From positions 18,776,473-18,840,472 of the forward strand of contig JARFYF010000017.1 in assembly GCA_030265395.1 (NCBI GenBank): a stretch of 64,000 nt of DNA, in the 5' to 3' direction. Position 1 is the first letter of the stretch, and the number at the start of each line of letters is the position of its first letter. The notes beneath the pieces were generated by a model, which did no database searches, was not told the origin of the DNA, and was given only the letters and a program-made list of their open reading frames with translations. The position numbers were made by a program, and so were the translations under genes. The DNA is from Rhina ancylostomus (Eukaryota). Positions 1-12,570 of the stretch are shown piece after piece.

Positions 1-671
1 CTGCATACTCCCTGCCCCTGCGATACTACCTGTTCCTCCACCTATCTTGATATCGTCTGCAAACTTCTTTAATGGTGCATAGAAGAAGCCCTGCTCCTGA
101 AATGTTACTGAAAGTTTTCACAGCCATCAGAGTCTCACATCAACTTTGCTCACTGTCAGAGTTATTGCACTCATTTAATGAATTTTTGGATGTCTTACAA
201 TCATTGACGTTAATAATTAAATAAGATTAATATTTAGTTATTTTTAAAAATTACAAAACTGAAATTATCTCAATTCACCTAAAAAAAACTTTGAGCATAA
301 ATAAATAATTTAAAAAAACATGAGACTTGATCAAAATAATAAGCAAAAAGGGATTGAGCTTTGCCTTTGTTTTCTTTGCCTTGTGCCTACAATCACCATC
401 ACTCATTGGTGCTGTGAAATCAGTGCCAAGTCTAATTTGTGAGCTGATTTCCCGTGTAGATATTAGGCAAACTCAGCAAGGCAAGCCTGTTCCACTGACT
501 TCCACGTGAAGTCCAATGCCGAAGGGAACTGTTAGATATAGCATTCCAAATCTGTCAGTAAGGTTGGGGCTTCAGCATAGAATAATGCATGTGCACAAGT
601 CCTGACCCTTCTGACACTTAAACTAGCATATGTCAAAGAAGACTTACACAGCTTACTCCCTGCAAACATTA

Positions 672-1985
672 GTCTCACAGAATTACAGAATTGTTACACC
701 AGTGCAGTAGGCCATTCAGCTCATTGGGTCCTTATTGGCTCAATGGAAGAGCAATCCAGCTCATCTCACACTCTCATTTTCTCCCCCTAATATTGCAAAT
801 TCTTTCCTTTCCTAACTCTCTTTTGCATGCAACAATTAAATTTGCCTCCATTATTCCCAAGCAGTGCATTTCAGACCCTAATCACCCAATGTGCAAGAAG
901 AAATCCCTCAGATTGCTTTTTGTTCTATTACCAATCNNNNNNNNNNNNNNNNNNNNNNNNNNNNNNNNNNNNNNNNNNNNNNNNNNNNNNNNNNNNNNNN
1001 NNNNNNNNNNNNNNNNNNNNNNNNNNNNNNNNNNNNCCCTCAGATTGCTTTTTGTTCTTTTACCAATCTTCTTCATTCTATACCCCCCGACCCCAACACC
1101 ATCAGGAGTAGTTTCTCTCTAGCTACTCTGTCTACCGTCTTCATGACTTTAAGTACTTCCATCTGATTCCCTCATAACCCCGTCTGCTCCAAGGGAAACA
1201 ACCCTAATTTCTCCATAACTAAAGTCCCTTGTCCCTGGAATAAATCTTGTAATTTCTTCTGTACCTCCTCTCAGGCCTTCAACTTTCCTCAAGTGCGGCA
1301 CTCAGAAATGGACACAATATTCAAGCTGTGGCTGACCACTATTAAAAAAATTTATCATAATTTCCTTGTTCTTGGACTCAATGTCTCTATTAATAAAGCC
1401 CATGATCTTGTTTGCTTTTGTTACCATTTTCTCAACCTGCTCTGCCACTTTCAGTGAACTATGCACATATATTCCTAGATCTCTGTTTCTGTACCCCTTT
1501 TAGAATTGCGTCCTCTTCTGATTCCTTCTAGCACTTCACATTTTCCAGCATTATCTTTCATCTGTTACCATCTTCCCATTCCATCTGTCTGTCTATATCT
1601 ACTTGAAGATCATTATTAAACTTCTCAAACTTCTATGCACCACCAAGTTTTATGATGTCTGCAAAATTGGAAATTGTACTCTATTCACTCAAATCCCATT
1701 TAAAAAAACACACATTTTTCTGAGTACCAACCCCCCCCCCCCACATAACTCCAGTGTATTCTTCACCTCAGTCCAATATACAACCTTACACTTCTACTCT
1801 ATCTTCCAGATTTTGAGACAATTTTCTATCCATGCTGCAGTAGCCTGCTTTATTCCATGGCCTTTAATCATGATGAAAAGGCTCTTGTGTGGCACTTTAT
1901 CAAAAGGGTCTTGGAAATCCACGTACACCACATGCCACCACATCCTCCTCGTCGATCCTCTCTATCACTTCATCAAAGAAACTCT
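672..1985 (-). mobile_element. CR1-clade LINE, 5'-truncated and decayed (3' part of RT ORF plus 3' tail)
   Basis: Reverse complement of ~1889-1935 reads HVVYVDFQDPFDKVPH (CR1 consensus-type DVVYxDFQKAFDKVPH). Reverse of ~1295-1335 resembles the LEYCVQFW motif. Short tandem tail at 676-693. Confidence 0.85.
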
Positions 1986-3269
1986 TAGTTAAATCAGCTT
2001 GCTTTAACAAAGGAAAATTTTGTGCATTCATACATAGTGACATAAATTAAAGTTCCTAGCTTCAATTTTAAAGTAATGTCTCATTTTAACCAAAGAAAAG
2101 TTAATCCTAAAAGGCTAATAATTTTAGTGTATGAAAATAAGAGACAATAATTATCACCACTTTCCAAAAGTGTTGCATTTTGAGAGAAAAGTAATTTTAG
2201 AATCAAAATTGCATTTGTGAGGATTTCATTTTACTGTTAATCAAGATTATAAAGTAGTCTCATAAAAAGGTCTTATTATTGAAATGGCTGTTGAAAACAA
2301 CAAATTCCTCTGAAGCTAATATCAGTGAATCACTCAGTAAAAGTAACTTTGTCACTTTTCTACACATGATTTGCTATTAGTAGAATAAGGTGTAATTTTA
2401 CAGAATGTAAAATGCAATACTGACACATAATTACTTTGAATGCTGACATCTTTGACAGGGGACTTGACTTGTTTTATTCATGTTATGTAAAACAGAGGTG
2501 GTATTTTACAGCAAATTTAACTTTAAACTTGAACTCAAAATGTAATTTTTTCTCAACATACTGGAGTTGATGTGAATTTCAATTTTTGCCATGCCTCTTT
2601 CTTTAAACCTTTAGAGTGCAGTTGTGGGTGCCACTAAAATCCTTTGGGGTTGCTCCTTAAATCATCCTTTGCTGGACTAACCCCTGAAAGAATTCAATAT
2701 GCTTTTGATCCTTTTTCCAAATAAGCCTTTTCTGAAGGTGATAATTGCTAAAATGGAATCATTACTGTGTTATCTTTGCTGTTGTTGGTTGAAAATTAAC
2801 TTTGGAAGTGACCCAGCATATAATCCTGGCCACACTCCAAAAATCTGGGATTGGACTACCTACCTCTCTGTTTGCTAAATCATGGTTTGTGGAGATTACA
2901 AACAATTATTAATGAAATAATTTCAATTTTTCATAATAAAGTTTATGAACAGAATCCCTGAAAATTAAGTATTGCCACACCCTTGTTTATTTAACTTATG
3001 TTGCATTGTCCAATACAAAGCTATCTTTAAACTACAAAATAATGCATCTATTTAGTATTCCAAACCATCCTTGAAGACTGATGGTGTTAGTCTCAGTTTG
3101 TTTTTAAATTTTAAAATTAAAGGCCTGTGTTATCTGAATATACTGATGAATCCCTGTGGCTACATCAGCCAGTTGCCAATTGCCCCCGAGGCCTCGCTGT
3201 CATGCTATCCTGCAAAATAGAGCAATTCACGTGGTGTAACCAGGCCTCAGACGATGTATCCTAAGGCAT

Positions 3270-3630
3270 ATCCTCTGAAAGCTTTTTGATAACTTGTGTT
3301 TTCAGCTGCTTTTAAATGTCTCAGACGATCAGAAACATTTAATAATATCTTAGTGTATTTAAATGATTAAAATCTACTTAAATAAAATAAAACAATTAAA
3401 AACACATTTATCTGATATGATTTAATTAAACACATTAATTTTAATTAGAATAAAAAGAAATCCAAGCCACTTACCTTTTACATCAAGTTCATTGATCCCT
3501 TCAAATGTACGAGGCTCTCCTGCACACACCAGGCATGACTAGTGTAAAACTGAGGGCAGATACAAGGGGTATCTGGCTCTGCAGCTCAGAGTGATCTGGA
3601 ATTGCCCCTGGTTTCAATGGGAAGCCTTTT
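3270..3630. repeat. Ancient dispersed repeat with an AT-rich core and internal hairpin; inverted relative to the copy at ~62050-62305
   Basis: Blocks cagaaacatttaa, aattaaaaacacatttatctgatatgatttaatt, acttacct and agatac..gtatct align by eye to the reverse complement of 62050-62305. Confidence 0.55.
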
Positions 3631-3679
3631 GCTAGCAGTTCTCTTCTAAACCACTGGAATGAATGGAGCTTCACTCAGG

Positions 3680-4080
3680 GACACCATATGGGACCAAAGG
3701 CACCTCACCCATTCCGTCTACCACCATTGCAACTTTGCTGCAGTGTGTGCCATCTACAACATGGACTATAGTTACTCACCCAGCTAGTCTGATAGCCCTT
3801 CCACCAAGAAGAAGTGGGGCAGCATGTGCATGGCTCTCCACCACTGCAGGTTCCTATCCACATGCACACTATGCTAACTTAGACACTTATTGCTATCCTT
3901 CACTGTCATTGGGTTTAAATCCTGGAATTCCCTATCCGAAAGCACTATGCAAGTGCCTTTTCCAGAAGATTTACATCATTTTCAGAAGGTGGCTTGCTGG
4001 CACCTCAAGGGAGCATGAGGAGGGCAATAAGTGCTGACCTTGCCAATGACACCACAATCTTAAAGAAAATAAATGAATAA
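3680..4080 (+). mobile_element. L2/CR1-superfamily LINE 3' end (elasmobranch family ending ...gggcaataaatgctg...)
   Basis: Degenerate C-terminal motifs (AAVCAIY, SFTVIGxKSWNSL) followed by a 3' UTR with agggcaataagtgctg and an A-rich end. Related copies at 15895-16075 and 31625-33310. Confidence 0.7.
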
Positions 4081-6149
4081 TGAGTTGAAAGCTTAGCTAC
4101 AGTGGACCAAATTGATCAGCTGTAGCTTCTGAAAGAGTAAACAGTTGGNNNNNNNNNNNNNNNNNNNNNNNNNNNNNNNNNNNNNNNNNNNNNNNNNNNN
4201 NNNNNNNNNNNNNNNNNNNNNNNNNNNNNNNNNNNNNNNNNNNNNNNNNNNNNNNNNNNNNNNNNNNNNNNNNNNNNNNNNNNNNNNNNNNNNNNNNNNN
4301 NNNNNNNNNNNNNNNNNNNNNNNNCGTCAGTACTGTAAGTCTTAGCTTAGTGCCCATTCCTTCTCCATTTTTTCTCCACAACTGAAACTGCAATGAGGAT
4401 TTCCAGCTGAATATTGAATGGAATTTGCTGGATCTGGGAGGAGAGAAATAAATAAAAGAATATTTTGAAATGAATACCGTGCTGAGTTGATAAAAAAAAG
4501 AATTGAAGGGAATGGGGGATGGCATATGCTAATATAGGGAAGATAGATGATAAAGAGGATGAGTGCAGCAGCTGAGAGAACTGGGAGGAAATGCCAGTTC
4601 GAGAACCCAACATCCAAATCATTGTCATGTGGCAGCCTTTTTCCTCCTTATATATCTGAAATTACTAAAGTTTTATTCATCAATTTCATCCAATGGGGAA
4701 TGGAATGAGGCCACATCTCTGAAGGAAGCTCTTAATATACTAATAAATAAATTTATGACTTAACATAATGTTTATTCTTAACAAAATGCATAATTGAAAA
4801 CAAACAATTTTGATTTTTTTCCAATATCTATCTTGTGGTTAAGTGTTCTTTATATACAAAATGATTCTATAGCTCTGCCAAAGTTTTTAATTGGTCTCTG
4901 GTGATTGCAGTTTTTGATACATCCACTAATTTTGGAGTACTAAGAACAGAAGGAACAAGGTCCAGAAATGTGTCTGCCTAAAGGCCAAAAACCTGGTGAT
5001 GTGCTGATGAAAAAGTAAGGTGTTAATCAATTTTGCACATATTTCTGAGTGAGTTAACAGCAGTTGTTAATAAGTTTTTTGTTGCAAGAACTTTGTGTAC
5101 CTAATGCTGATTTTCTGACAGTCAGTCACATTGTCCTGAATCATTGGCACTATTCACTCACAGATAAGCCAACCTTTAATTACACTGATGGTTCAACCTG
5201 AGCATTACTGAAAGGGTCAGATCCATTTCTCCTGCAGTCACGGGCAGGCTATTGCGTAACTGTGTGCAAACCAAACCTTAAACGGACTGACCCAAGCTGG
5301 AGTCCCACTCACCACCCTCCAGGTGGTTTCAGCAGGTTCCCTTTCAAAATTAAGTGACCAGAAATCCCAGAGGAGTCCTCCAAAAAGAGAAGTGGTTTCT
5401 TGTTTGGCAGATTAGAAATTAATATAAAAACTGGAGAAAGAGCTGGCAGCCATGACAGGAAGTTGCCTGTGAGCTGTCGGTAAGGTCATGAGTGTCCTCT
5501 TTGAATGTCTGCACTTTTGGGAGCTCTAGACTGCAGCCAAATATCCATTCCAGGTGTGAATGCAAAGGTCATATTTCTCAAAAATGGATGGTTTCCCACT
5601 TTACTAGTAGAGCTATTTTTGACTTCTGCAATGCAGCATTAAGCAGCAAAGTGTCATATGTGGCAAGTTGCAGAAGGGAAAGCCTGTAAGTATCCTGAAG
5701 TAAGGGTTATGAAAATAAAGCTGACTCTGACTTCCAATATGAGAGTTATAAAGGCACTTGTTTTAGTTTTACTACTAGCGAACTAATACAATTGCAGACA
5801 CTGCTCCAAGAGTGGAGATTATTAACATTGGAAAAATGGATCATTTCAATGTCCCAGATAAGGTATATGAATATTAAAGCTGTGGTAAGCTATCTTGAAA
5901 AGACCTGATCCATTGTGTCACCAATAGTCAACTGCAACTCAATGGCACTGACTGACTACGTTTACTCCAATGGTCACTCCAGAAGTGAACCACTTGTGTG
6001 TGAGCAGCAGCTTCTTCACATAAAACTCCTACATTTTACAGTTCAACCTTGTGATCTGTTGTCCCATAACTTGTCACTTTTCAGGGGATAATTTGGAATT
6101 CATTGCTCCATGCACCCTATAAAAACAGCAAATGGAGACATTGTCAGGA

Positions 6150-6485
6150 CTTCCTACCACTTGACTCAATCCAAGCTAACACTCCACTGCAGTACAAGGG
6201 AAGTACTGCATTTGTTGGAAGTGTTGCCTTTCAATTAGACATTACACTGTGGTCTTAAACATTAGTGATAAGATAGCACTAGTAAGAAGTGGACCAGGAG
6301 TATTATTCATAGTGAGATGGCTGATATTTTATCTATCATTCATCAGTATTGAAGCAGATTATCTGGCTTTTATCATGTTTGTTGGAGGTTGCTACATTGA
6401 CATTGGATGCTATGTTTGCTACAGTTCAATAGCTGTGAAGTGCTTTAGCATATCCTGAAAGGTGTATTAAAGGCATTATGTATGC
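6150..6485 (+). mobile_element. Deu-domain SINE (SacSINE1/AmnSINE1-like), decayed
   Basis: ctccactgcagtacaagggaagtactgca..., cagattatctggc... and gctgtgaagtgctttagcatatcctga...aaaggcattatgtatgc match my recollection of the DeuSINE central domain and L2-type tail. Confidence 0.6.
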
Positions 6486-6987
6486 TGGGTCAAATTTTCT
6501 GAGAGATATGAATTCCGGCAATTAAAACTCCCATTTAAGACAGGATAAAACCTCATAAATAAATTGAAATATATATGGTTATGATAAAAAAGACATTTTC
6601 TAACATGATTGAAATGTTATCCCTGCTTCCACCCCTTAATCAATTCCTGAAACAGTCGCTTCAAATACCATTCCAAGGGATTCCCAGCTATTCTTGGGGA
6701 AAACTTTTGAGGTGTTTGGTTTATTTTGCTTGAAGTAGCATTTGGAATTTAGAATCCGCTTATAAATTCTACTGCAAATACAGTTCTGTTCTAGTCCATC
6801 TGAAGACCCACTTCCTTTTGTTTAATGTCCAACAAGAAGTTCTGCTCTGGGAGAAGGAAGGAATAAACAGGTTGCAGGCAGAGGGAGAGGAAATGTCTTT
6901 TCAGAGGTTCAATAGCCGTATAGTAAACTAAATGAATGAAGAATTCCTTTGAACAAAGCAGACTGATACAAGTGATGACATTGATCA

Positions 6988-7150
6988 TTAAGACTATAAG
7001 ACCACACAAAGCAGGAACAGAAAGGCCATTCNNNNNNNNNNCAGCCCCTCAAGCCTGCTCCATCACTCAATTGGATCATGGTGATCCATCATTCCCGAAG
7101 TCCACTTTCCTGTCCTTTCTGCATAACCATTGAGATCCTTATTGTGCACA
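6988..7150 (-). mobile_element. CR1 3' terminal fragment
   Basis: ggccattc..cagcccctcaagcctgctcc..gatcatgg is the reverse of the CR1/HE1 3' tail; same pattern at 12571 and 54812. Confidence 0.7.
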
Positions 7151-7155
7151 AATTT

Positions 7156-7292
7156 GGGCAGTGGATGTTGTCTATTTGGACTTGGCAAGGCCTTCGATAA
7201 GGTCCCGCTTGGCAGGCTGGTCTGGAAGGTTAGGTCCCATGGAATCCAGGGAGAGCTAGTTTTGAAGATTTGAAATTGGTTCTGAGGTAGGA
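7156..7292 (+). mobile_element. CR1 RT fragment, same family as 8247-9498
   Basis: AVDVVYLD-(frameshift)-KAFDKVP.GRLVWKVRSHGIQGEL; close nucleotide match to ~8604-8742. Confidence 0.85.
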
Positions 7293-7392
7293 NNNNNNNN
7301 NNNNNNNNNNNNNNNNNNNNNNNNNNNNNNNNNNNNNNNNNNNNNNNNNNNNNNNNNNNNNNNNNNNNNNNNNNNNNNNNNNNNNNNNNNNN

Positions 7393-7906
7393 TGACAGAG
7401 TCCATGGAGGGAAGGCTGGTTTCCATGATGTGCTGAGCTGTGTTCACAACTCTCTGTAGCTTCTTGCAGTCACGGGCAGTACAGTTGCCATACCAAGCCA
7501 TGATGCATCCAGATAGGATGTTTTTATAGAACATAGAACAGTACAGCACAATACAGGCCCTTCGGCCCACAATGTTGTGCCAACCTTTAAACCACGCCTA
7601 AGACTATCTAACCCCTTCCTCCCACATATCCATCTATTTTAAATTCGTCCATATGCTTATCTAGTAATGGTGGATTTGGTGCATTTCTATGGTGCATTAA
7701 TAAAAATTGGTAAGGGTTGATGGGGACATGCCAAATTTCACTACCCTCCTGAGGTGCTTGTGACCTTTCTCAGCCATGGCATCCATGTGGTTGGACCAGG
7801 ATAGGCTATTGGTGAAGTTCTCTCCTCGAAACTTGAAGCTCTCAACCCTCTCAACCTCAGCACCATTGATGTAGACAGGAGCATGTGCACTCTTCCTGAA
7901 GTCAAT
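7393..7906 (-). mobile_element. Rex1/Babar LINE RT C-terminal fragment, interrupted at 7526-7684
   Basis: Minus strand gives IDFRK...GAEVERVESFKF... and ILSGCIMAWYGNCTARDCKKLQRVVNTAQHIMETSLPSMDSV, typical Rex1/Babar C-terminal motifs. Confidence 0.85.
7526..7684 (-). mobile_element. CR1 3' end inserted into the Rex1/Babar fragment
   Basis: atagaacatagaacagtacagcacaatacaggcccttcggcccac is the reverse of the CR1/HE1 tail with its short tandem end; Rex sequence resumes at 7685 (ttctatggtgca). Confidence 0.8.
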
Positions 7907-7909
7907 TAA

Positions 7910-8245
7910 TAAAGTTTCCTCACTGTCACCTTGAGTTCATTAATTAATCACTTTCATTTCATGTTCCCTGGTTCATATCCTTTCCAATGGGAAAATTTTC
8001 TCTCTATCGATTCTATATATGTATAAATTCATGATTTTAAGTACCCACATCGGAACCTCTGGCAACCTCCTCTTTCACGGACAACCTCAGGTTCTCCAGA
8101 CTATCCAAATTAATAAAAGTCCCATGGAATCATGGTAGTAAATCTCTTCTGCACTGCTGTATAGCCTTTAAAGCTTTCCTAAATTGTGGTGCCCAGCATT
8201 AGACCCAATACTCCAGCTGTGAATGAACCATTAATTTATAACATT
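7910..8245 (-). mobile_element. Decayed CR1 fragment (same family as 672-1985)
   Basis: aaatctcttctgcac...gtggtgcccagcattagacccaatactccagctgtg is the reverse of an LEY.V..WAP-type motif and resembles 1240-1340. Confidence 0.65.
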
Positions 8246-8246
8246 T

Positions 8247-9498
8247 CCTGACCAAGGGTATCCTATGACTTTGTGGGAGGCTAGAGGAGAAGTTGTGAAG
8301 GCCCTTGCAGTGATTTTTGCTTCATCGTTAGCCACCGGTGAAGTTCCCAAACACTGGAAGGTGGTTAATGTTGTTCTGTTCTTTAAGAAAAAGGTAGCAA
8401 GGACAAGCCAGGGAATTACAGGTCAGTCTGCCTGACACCAGTAGTGGGGAAGTTACTGGAGGGAATTCTGAGGGACGGGATCTACCAGTATTTGGATAGA
8501 CAGAGTCTGACTAGGAGGAGTCAGCATGGCTTTGTGCGTGCAAAGTCGTGCTTGACGAACCTTTTAGAGTTTTTTGAAGTAACCAAAAAGGTAGATGAGG
8601 GTAGGGTAGTGGATGTTGTCTGTTTGGACTTTATCAAGGCCTTGGACAAGGTCACGCGTGGTAGGCTGGTCTGGAAGGTTAGGTCCCATGGAATCCAGGG
8701 AGAACTAGTCTGGTGGATTCAAAATTAGCTCGGAGGTAGGAAGCAGGGGGTGGCGGTTGAAAGTTGTTTCTCAGAATGGAGACCAGTGACGAGTGGTGTG
8801 CCACAGGGGTCAGTATTGGGACCCTTGTTATTCGTTATTTATATAAATGATTTGGAAGCAAATGCTCAAGGCCTGATCAGTAAATTTGCAGATGACATGA
8901 AATTAGGAGGTGTTGTTGATAGTGAAGAAGGTTATCGTAGATTACAGGGGGATCTTGATCAGTTGGGGAAGAGGGCTGAGGAGTGGCAGATGGATTTCAA
9001 TGTAGTTTAGTGTTGAGGTGATTCACTTTGGAAAGTCAAACCCAGTGTAGGACTTACACTATGAATGGTAGGGAGAGGTTGGCAGGCTAGGACTTTATTC
9101 CTTGAATGTAGGAGAATGAGGAGTGACCTTATAGAAGTGTTTAAAATTATGAAAGGCATAAATAAGGTGGATGGTAACAGTCTTTTCCACAGGGTAGGAG
9201 AGTCCAAAGCTAGGGGGCATAGGTTTAGAGTGAGAGGGGAAAGATTTAAAAGGGACCTGACGGGCAACTTTTTCATGCAGAGGGTGGTGAGCATATGGAA
9301 TGAGCTACCAGAGGAAGTGGTTAAGGCAGGTACAATAGTATCATTTAAGAATCACTTGGATAGATACATGAAGGGGCGGGGCTTAGAGGGATGTAGGCTG
9401 AGGGCAGGAAATTGGGACTAGCTGGGTGGACAACGTGGTTGGCATGGACTGGTTAGGCCGATGGACCGGTGTCCGTGCTGTATTGTTCTATGATTCTA
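8247..9498 (+). mobile_element. CR1 LINE ORF2 reverse transcriptase remnant with 3' tail; stops, frameshifts and an internal deletion near 9077
   Basis: ORF track: SQHGFVRAKSCLTNLLEFFE, VDVVCLDF.KALDKV, SGVPQGSVLGPLLFVIYINDL, ISKFADD, RGHRFRVRGERF...NFFMQRVVSIWNELP; ends gtgctgtattgttctatgattcta. Confidence 0.95.
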
Positions 9499-9539
9499 AG
9501 GACTACCACAGACCCCCACAGGGCTAAAGAACTCTGCAA

Positions 9540-10545
9540 CCTTGCAGTCTTCTGAGAGAAGAAATTCTTCTTCATCTCAGTTTTAGAAGGGCACCCGCTT
9601 ACCCTGAGTCCATGCTCTCGGGTTCTGGATTCTCATATGAGAGGACCCGTCTAGGCGCAATGAATCTTGCATGTTTCAATAAGATTGTTTCTCATTGTTC
9701 CAAAACGTGCAGTACTAACCTCTTCGATATTTCCTTGTTGAACATACCCTGGATCATCCTAATGAACTTTTTGTAATCTTCCTCCAAAGAAGTGACATAG
9801 TTCCTCATGTAAGGGACCAAAAACAGTTTACATTCTTGAAGTGGTCTCAATAGTGCCTTATACTGTTGAGTAGGTCTTCCCCACTTTTACATTCTAACCC
9901 ATTTGAAACAAAGGCGAACAGTCCATTAGTCTTGCCCATTAGCCGTTGCATCTGTATGCTAGCTTTGTGTGTTTTATGCACAAGGACTGCCATATCCCTT
10001 TCTGCTACAGCATTCTAAGGTTTTTCTCCAGTTAAATAACACTGTTCTTCTGTGTTTTCTTCCAAGATGAATATCTTCACATTTTCCCACTTGATACTCC
10101 ATTTACTAATTTTTTGACCACTCACCTAACCTATCAGTACTTCTCTGTAAACTATTTGTCTTCTCCTTACAACTTGCTTTCCCACCGGTTTGTGTCTTTG
10201 GCATATCTGGCTACTGTACCTTTATTTGCTTCCTCTAAGTCATTAAATATATTGTAAACAGTTGTGGTCCTAGCACTGATTCCTGTGGCACAGTTTCTCT
10301 TCCATGTTGGCTCCTCTTGATGAGATTATGATTTTCCAAATGTGCACTTACTTTCTTAATAATTAATTGATATTTCCCAGGGATAGATGGGAGCCTAATC
10401 AAACTGCTTTTTGCCCCTCTCCCTTTTTGAATAGGGATGTCATGTTTTCAGCTTTCCAATCTTTTGGCACTTCCCCAGAATCAAAGGATTTTTGGAAGAT
10501 TATTACCCTTGCAACCACTGTCTTGACAGCCACTTCTGTTAGGAT
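9540..10545 (-). mobile_element. Decayed CR1 LINE, older subfamily
   Basis: ctgagagaagaaattcttcttcatctcagtttt is the reverse of an 'MKKNFFSQ' motif; agcactgattcctgtggcac (~10272-10291) is the reverse of VPQESVL. Confidence 0.75.
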
Positions 10546-11297
10546 CTTTCATTCTGTTAGTATCAGCTCTGTCCTGCAAAACTGTGTCAATGAATATGAG
10601 CCCCAGTCTTTAGTTCACTTAGTGTACAATGATCTGACTGCAATTCAGATTCTTGTCTTTTTCTTCCTGTTTTCCCACCTGCACGTGTAAATGAAGACAT
10701 TACATCCTAACAGGTAGCACAGTTGCTCTGTTGTTTGATGTGCCTTCAGATGTCCAAATTAAAAAATATATCAGATGAAAAGAAGTCTCTGTTGACAAAC
10801 CCATTAAAATCTATTGGAAACTGTACCTTGGGTGAATGAGCTATTTATTGTATATTAAATGTATGGGCAAGTATAGATTAGTTTTTTAATAAAAGTTGTT
10901 CCTTTNNNNNNTCAGTAAAACTCAGACCATTATCTTTCAAAGGTTGTAATGTGTAAGGCTACTATTAATTACATTTCATTGAGAAGTCATCAGCAAAATT
11001 GCCTCCATTTTAAACTGTATTCACAATTTTCCTTTTAAAAGAGATACAATGCCAAGACTTTAATAACACTTCTGTGTGAATGGAATCCAAACCAGTTCCA
11101 AATAACTAATCTACATGAACATAGAATTTACACACATAATGTGGAATTTGGCATACATTTCAAAGCAGCATACTATGCAAACTGCCTTGAAATATGGTCT
11201 ATGTTGCAGAGTGCCTCAAAGCATGTTGTAATAGAGTCCAGGCTGTTATCATTACTGGCAAACTGGAACATTCTCACAGCAGGTTTTCTAAGTTAGA

Positions 11298-11311
11298 TTG
11301 CCCCCTGCTGC
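11298..11311 (-). promoter_or_regulatory. Candidate CTCF-binding motif
   Basis: Minus strand GCAGCAGGGGGCAA is close to the CTCF core CCASYAGRKGGCRS. Motif match only. Confidence 0.3.
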
Positions 11312-12099
11312 TTGTATATAATTGAAAGAATAGAAAACATCATTGGAAATCTGCCATAATCTAAAACATTTTCAAAATAGGAGAATATTCTGATCTGTTT
11401 TAAATGTATTGCTGAACAATTTGTTCAGTGCTTAAATTACTTTAAAACAGTTGTAATAATACATTAAGTCTGTCAAATTCTAAATAGGCATTTAAAGTGA
11501 AAACTGCACACCTTTTACATGTTCAAAATGAAGTAATCTACTGGGGAAAAATCTACAATACAATGCAAGTGGAATTCTGACACCATGCATGAGAGCAAGA
11601 TTTAGGTATCTTATTCTTGTGGCAAAGAGATTGAGTTAGCATTTATTACATCAGGTTTAGTCACCAGTGAACTGAATGAAAAAATGTAAAGTTAATCCAC
11701 TGAGGTATTTTATTAACTTACTGGATCTTTGTCCTGTCGTCAACACTAATACTGCAATTCACTGGGTATCTTTGCACAAGCCCCAGCTTCACTGTTTGAC
11801 ACCAGTGACATCTTTCACCCTGCTGCTGCTGACGGGACTTCCCATGTAATGAAACAAGGCAGGTCTCAGGATAGGGTGCCTGCTCACTGATCCTGCACTG
11901 TGTTGTACCTGACATAAACACAACAGTCTCCATTTAAATGGATGGGAGAAATTGGGGAAAGAGGCAGATTATTTATTATCTCCAAGTGATTTATGGTTTT
12001 AATTGTAAAATTAATATTATAATTTTTTAACAATATGTCAGACATTCAGACCCAATATGCTGATGGCTTTGACGCTTGGTGAAACCTCACTGACCGTCG

Positions 12100-12177
12100 T
12101 CAAGTTTATTGTGATGTGCACAAGTATGGTGAAGTACAGGTACAATGACAAATGTGCTTGCAGCAGCATCACTGGCT
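12100..12177 (-). mobile_element. Rex1/Babar-type 3' terminal fragment
   Basis: tttattgtgatgtgcacaagtatggtgaagtacaggtacaatgacaaatgtgcttgcagcagcatcac is the reverse of an AATAAA-ended LINE tail I recognise from elasmobranch repeats. Confidence 0.5.
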
Positions 12178-12570
12178 GTCAAAACCATTCTCTGAGTTCA
12201 GCTGACTGCCTGCTCTGAGTCCCCTCCCGAGCTGTGCTCAGCCACATCAAAGTGCTGGAAGTTGAGGTGCCAGCAGAAGAACGTGTCAGGGCCCAAGCTG
12301 CAACAAACAGCAGTGAGTGAGTTTGGAAGTTTTGCTCCATTATCTGCACTGTTTTGCAATGTGAGTTGCAGATTATCAGTCTGAGTTCCACTTATTAACA
12401 GATCATTGACTTGAGGTATGTAGCAGTATTGATGAGCAGGATAGGTAGACAGCAATAATCTATAGATTGTGTACAAATCTATAGATAAAAAATGTTAACA
12501 TATTTGCAGAAGTAGTTTAATAATCAGAATTGTATGTTTAAGGTTATTCTTATTGTTATCATAATTATTG

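Noticed and set aside
8444-9421. CR1 RT ORFs as an active gene, retron or other prokaryotic RT system
   Set aside because: Clear vertebrate CR1 motifs, broken by stops, frameshifts and a deletion.
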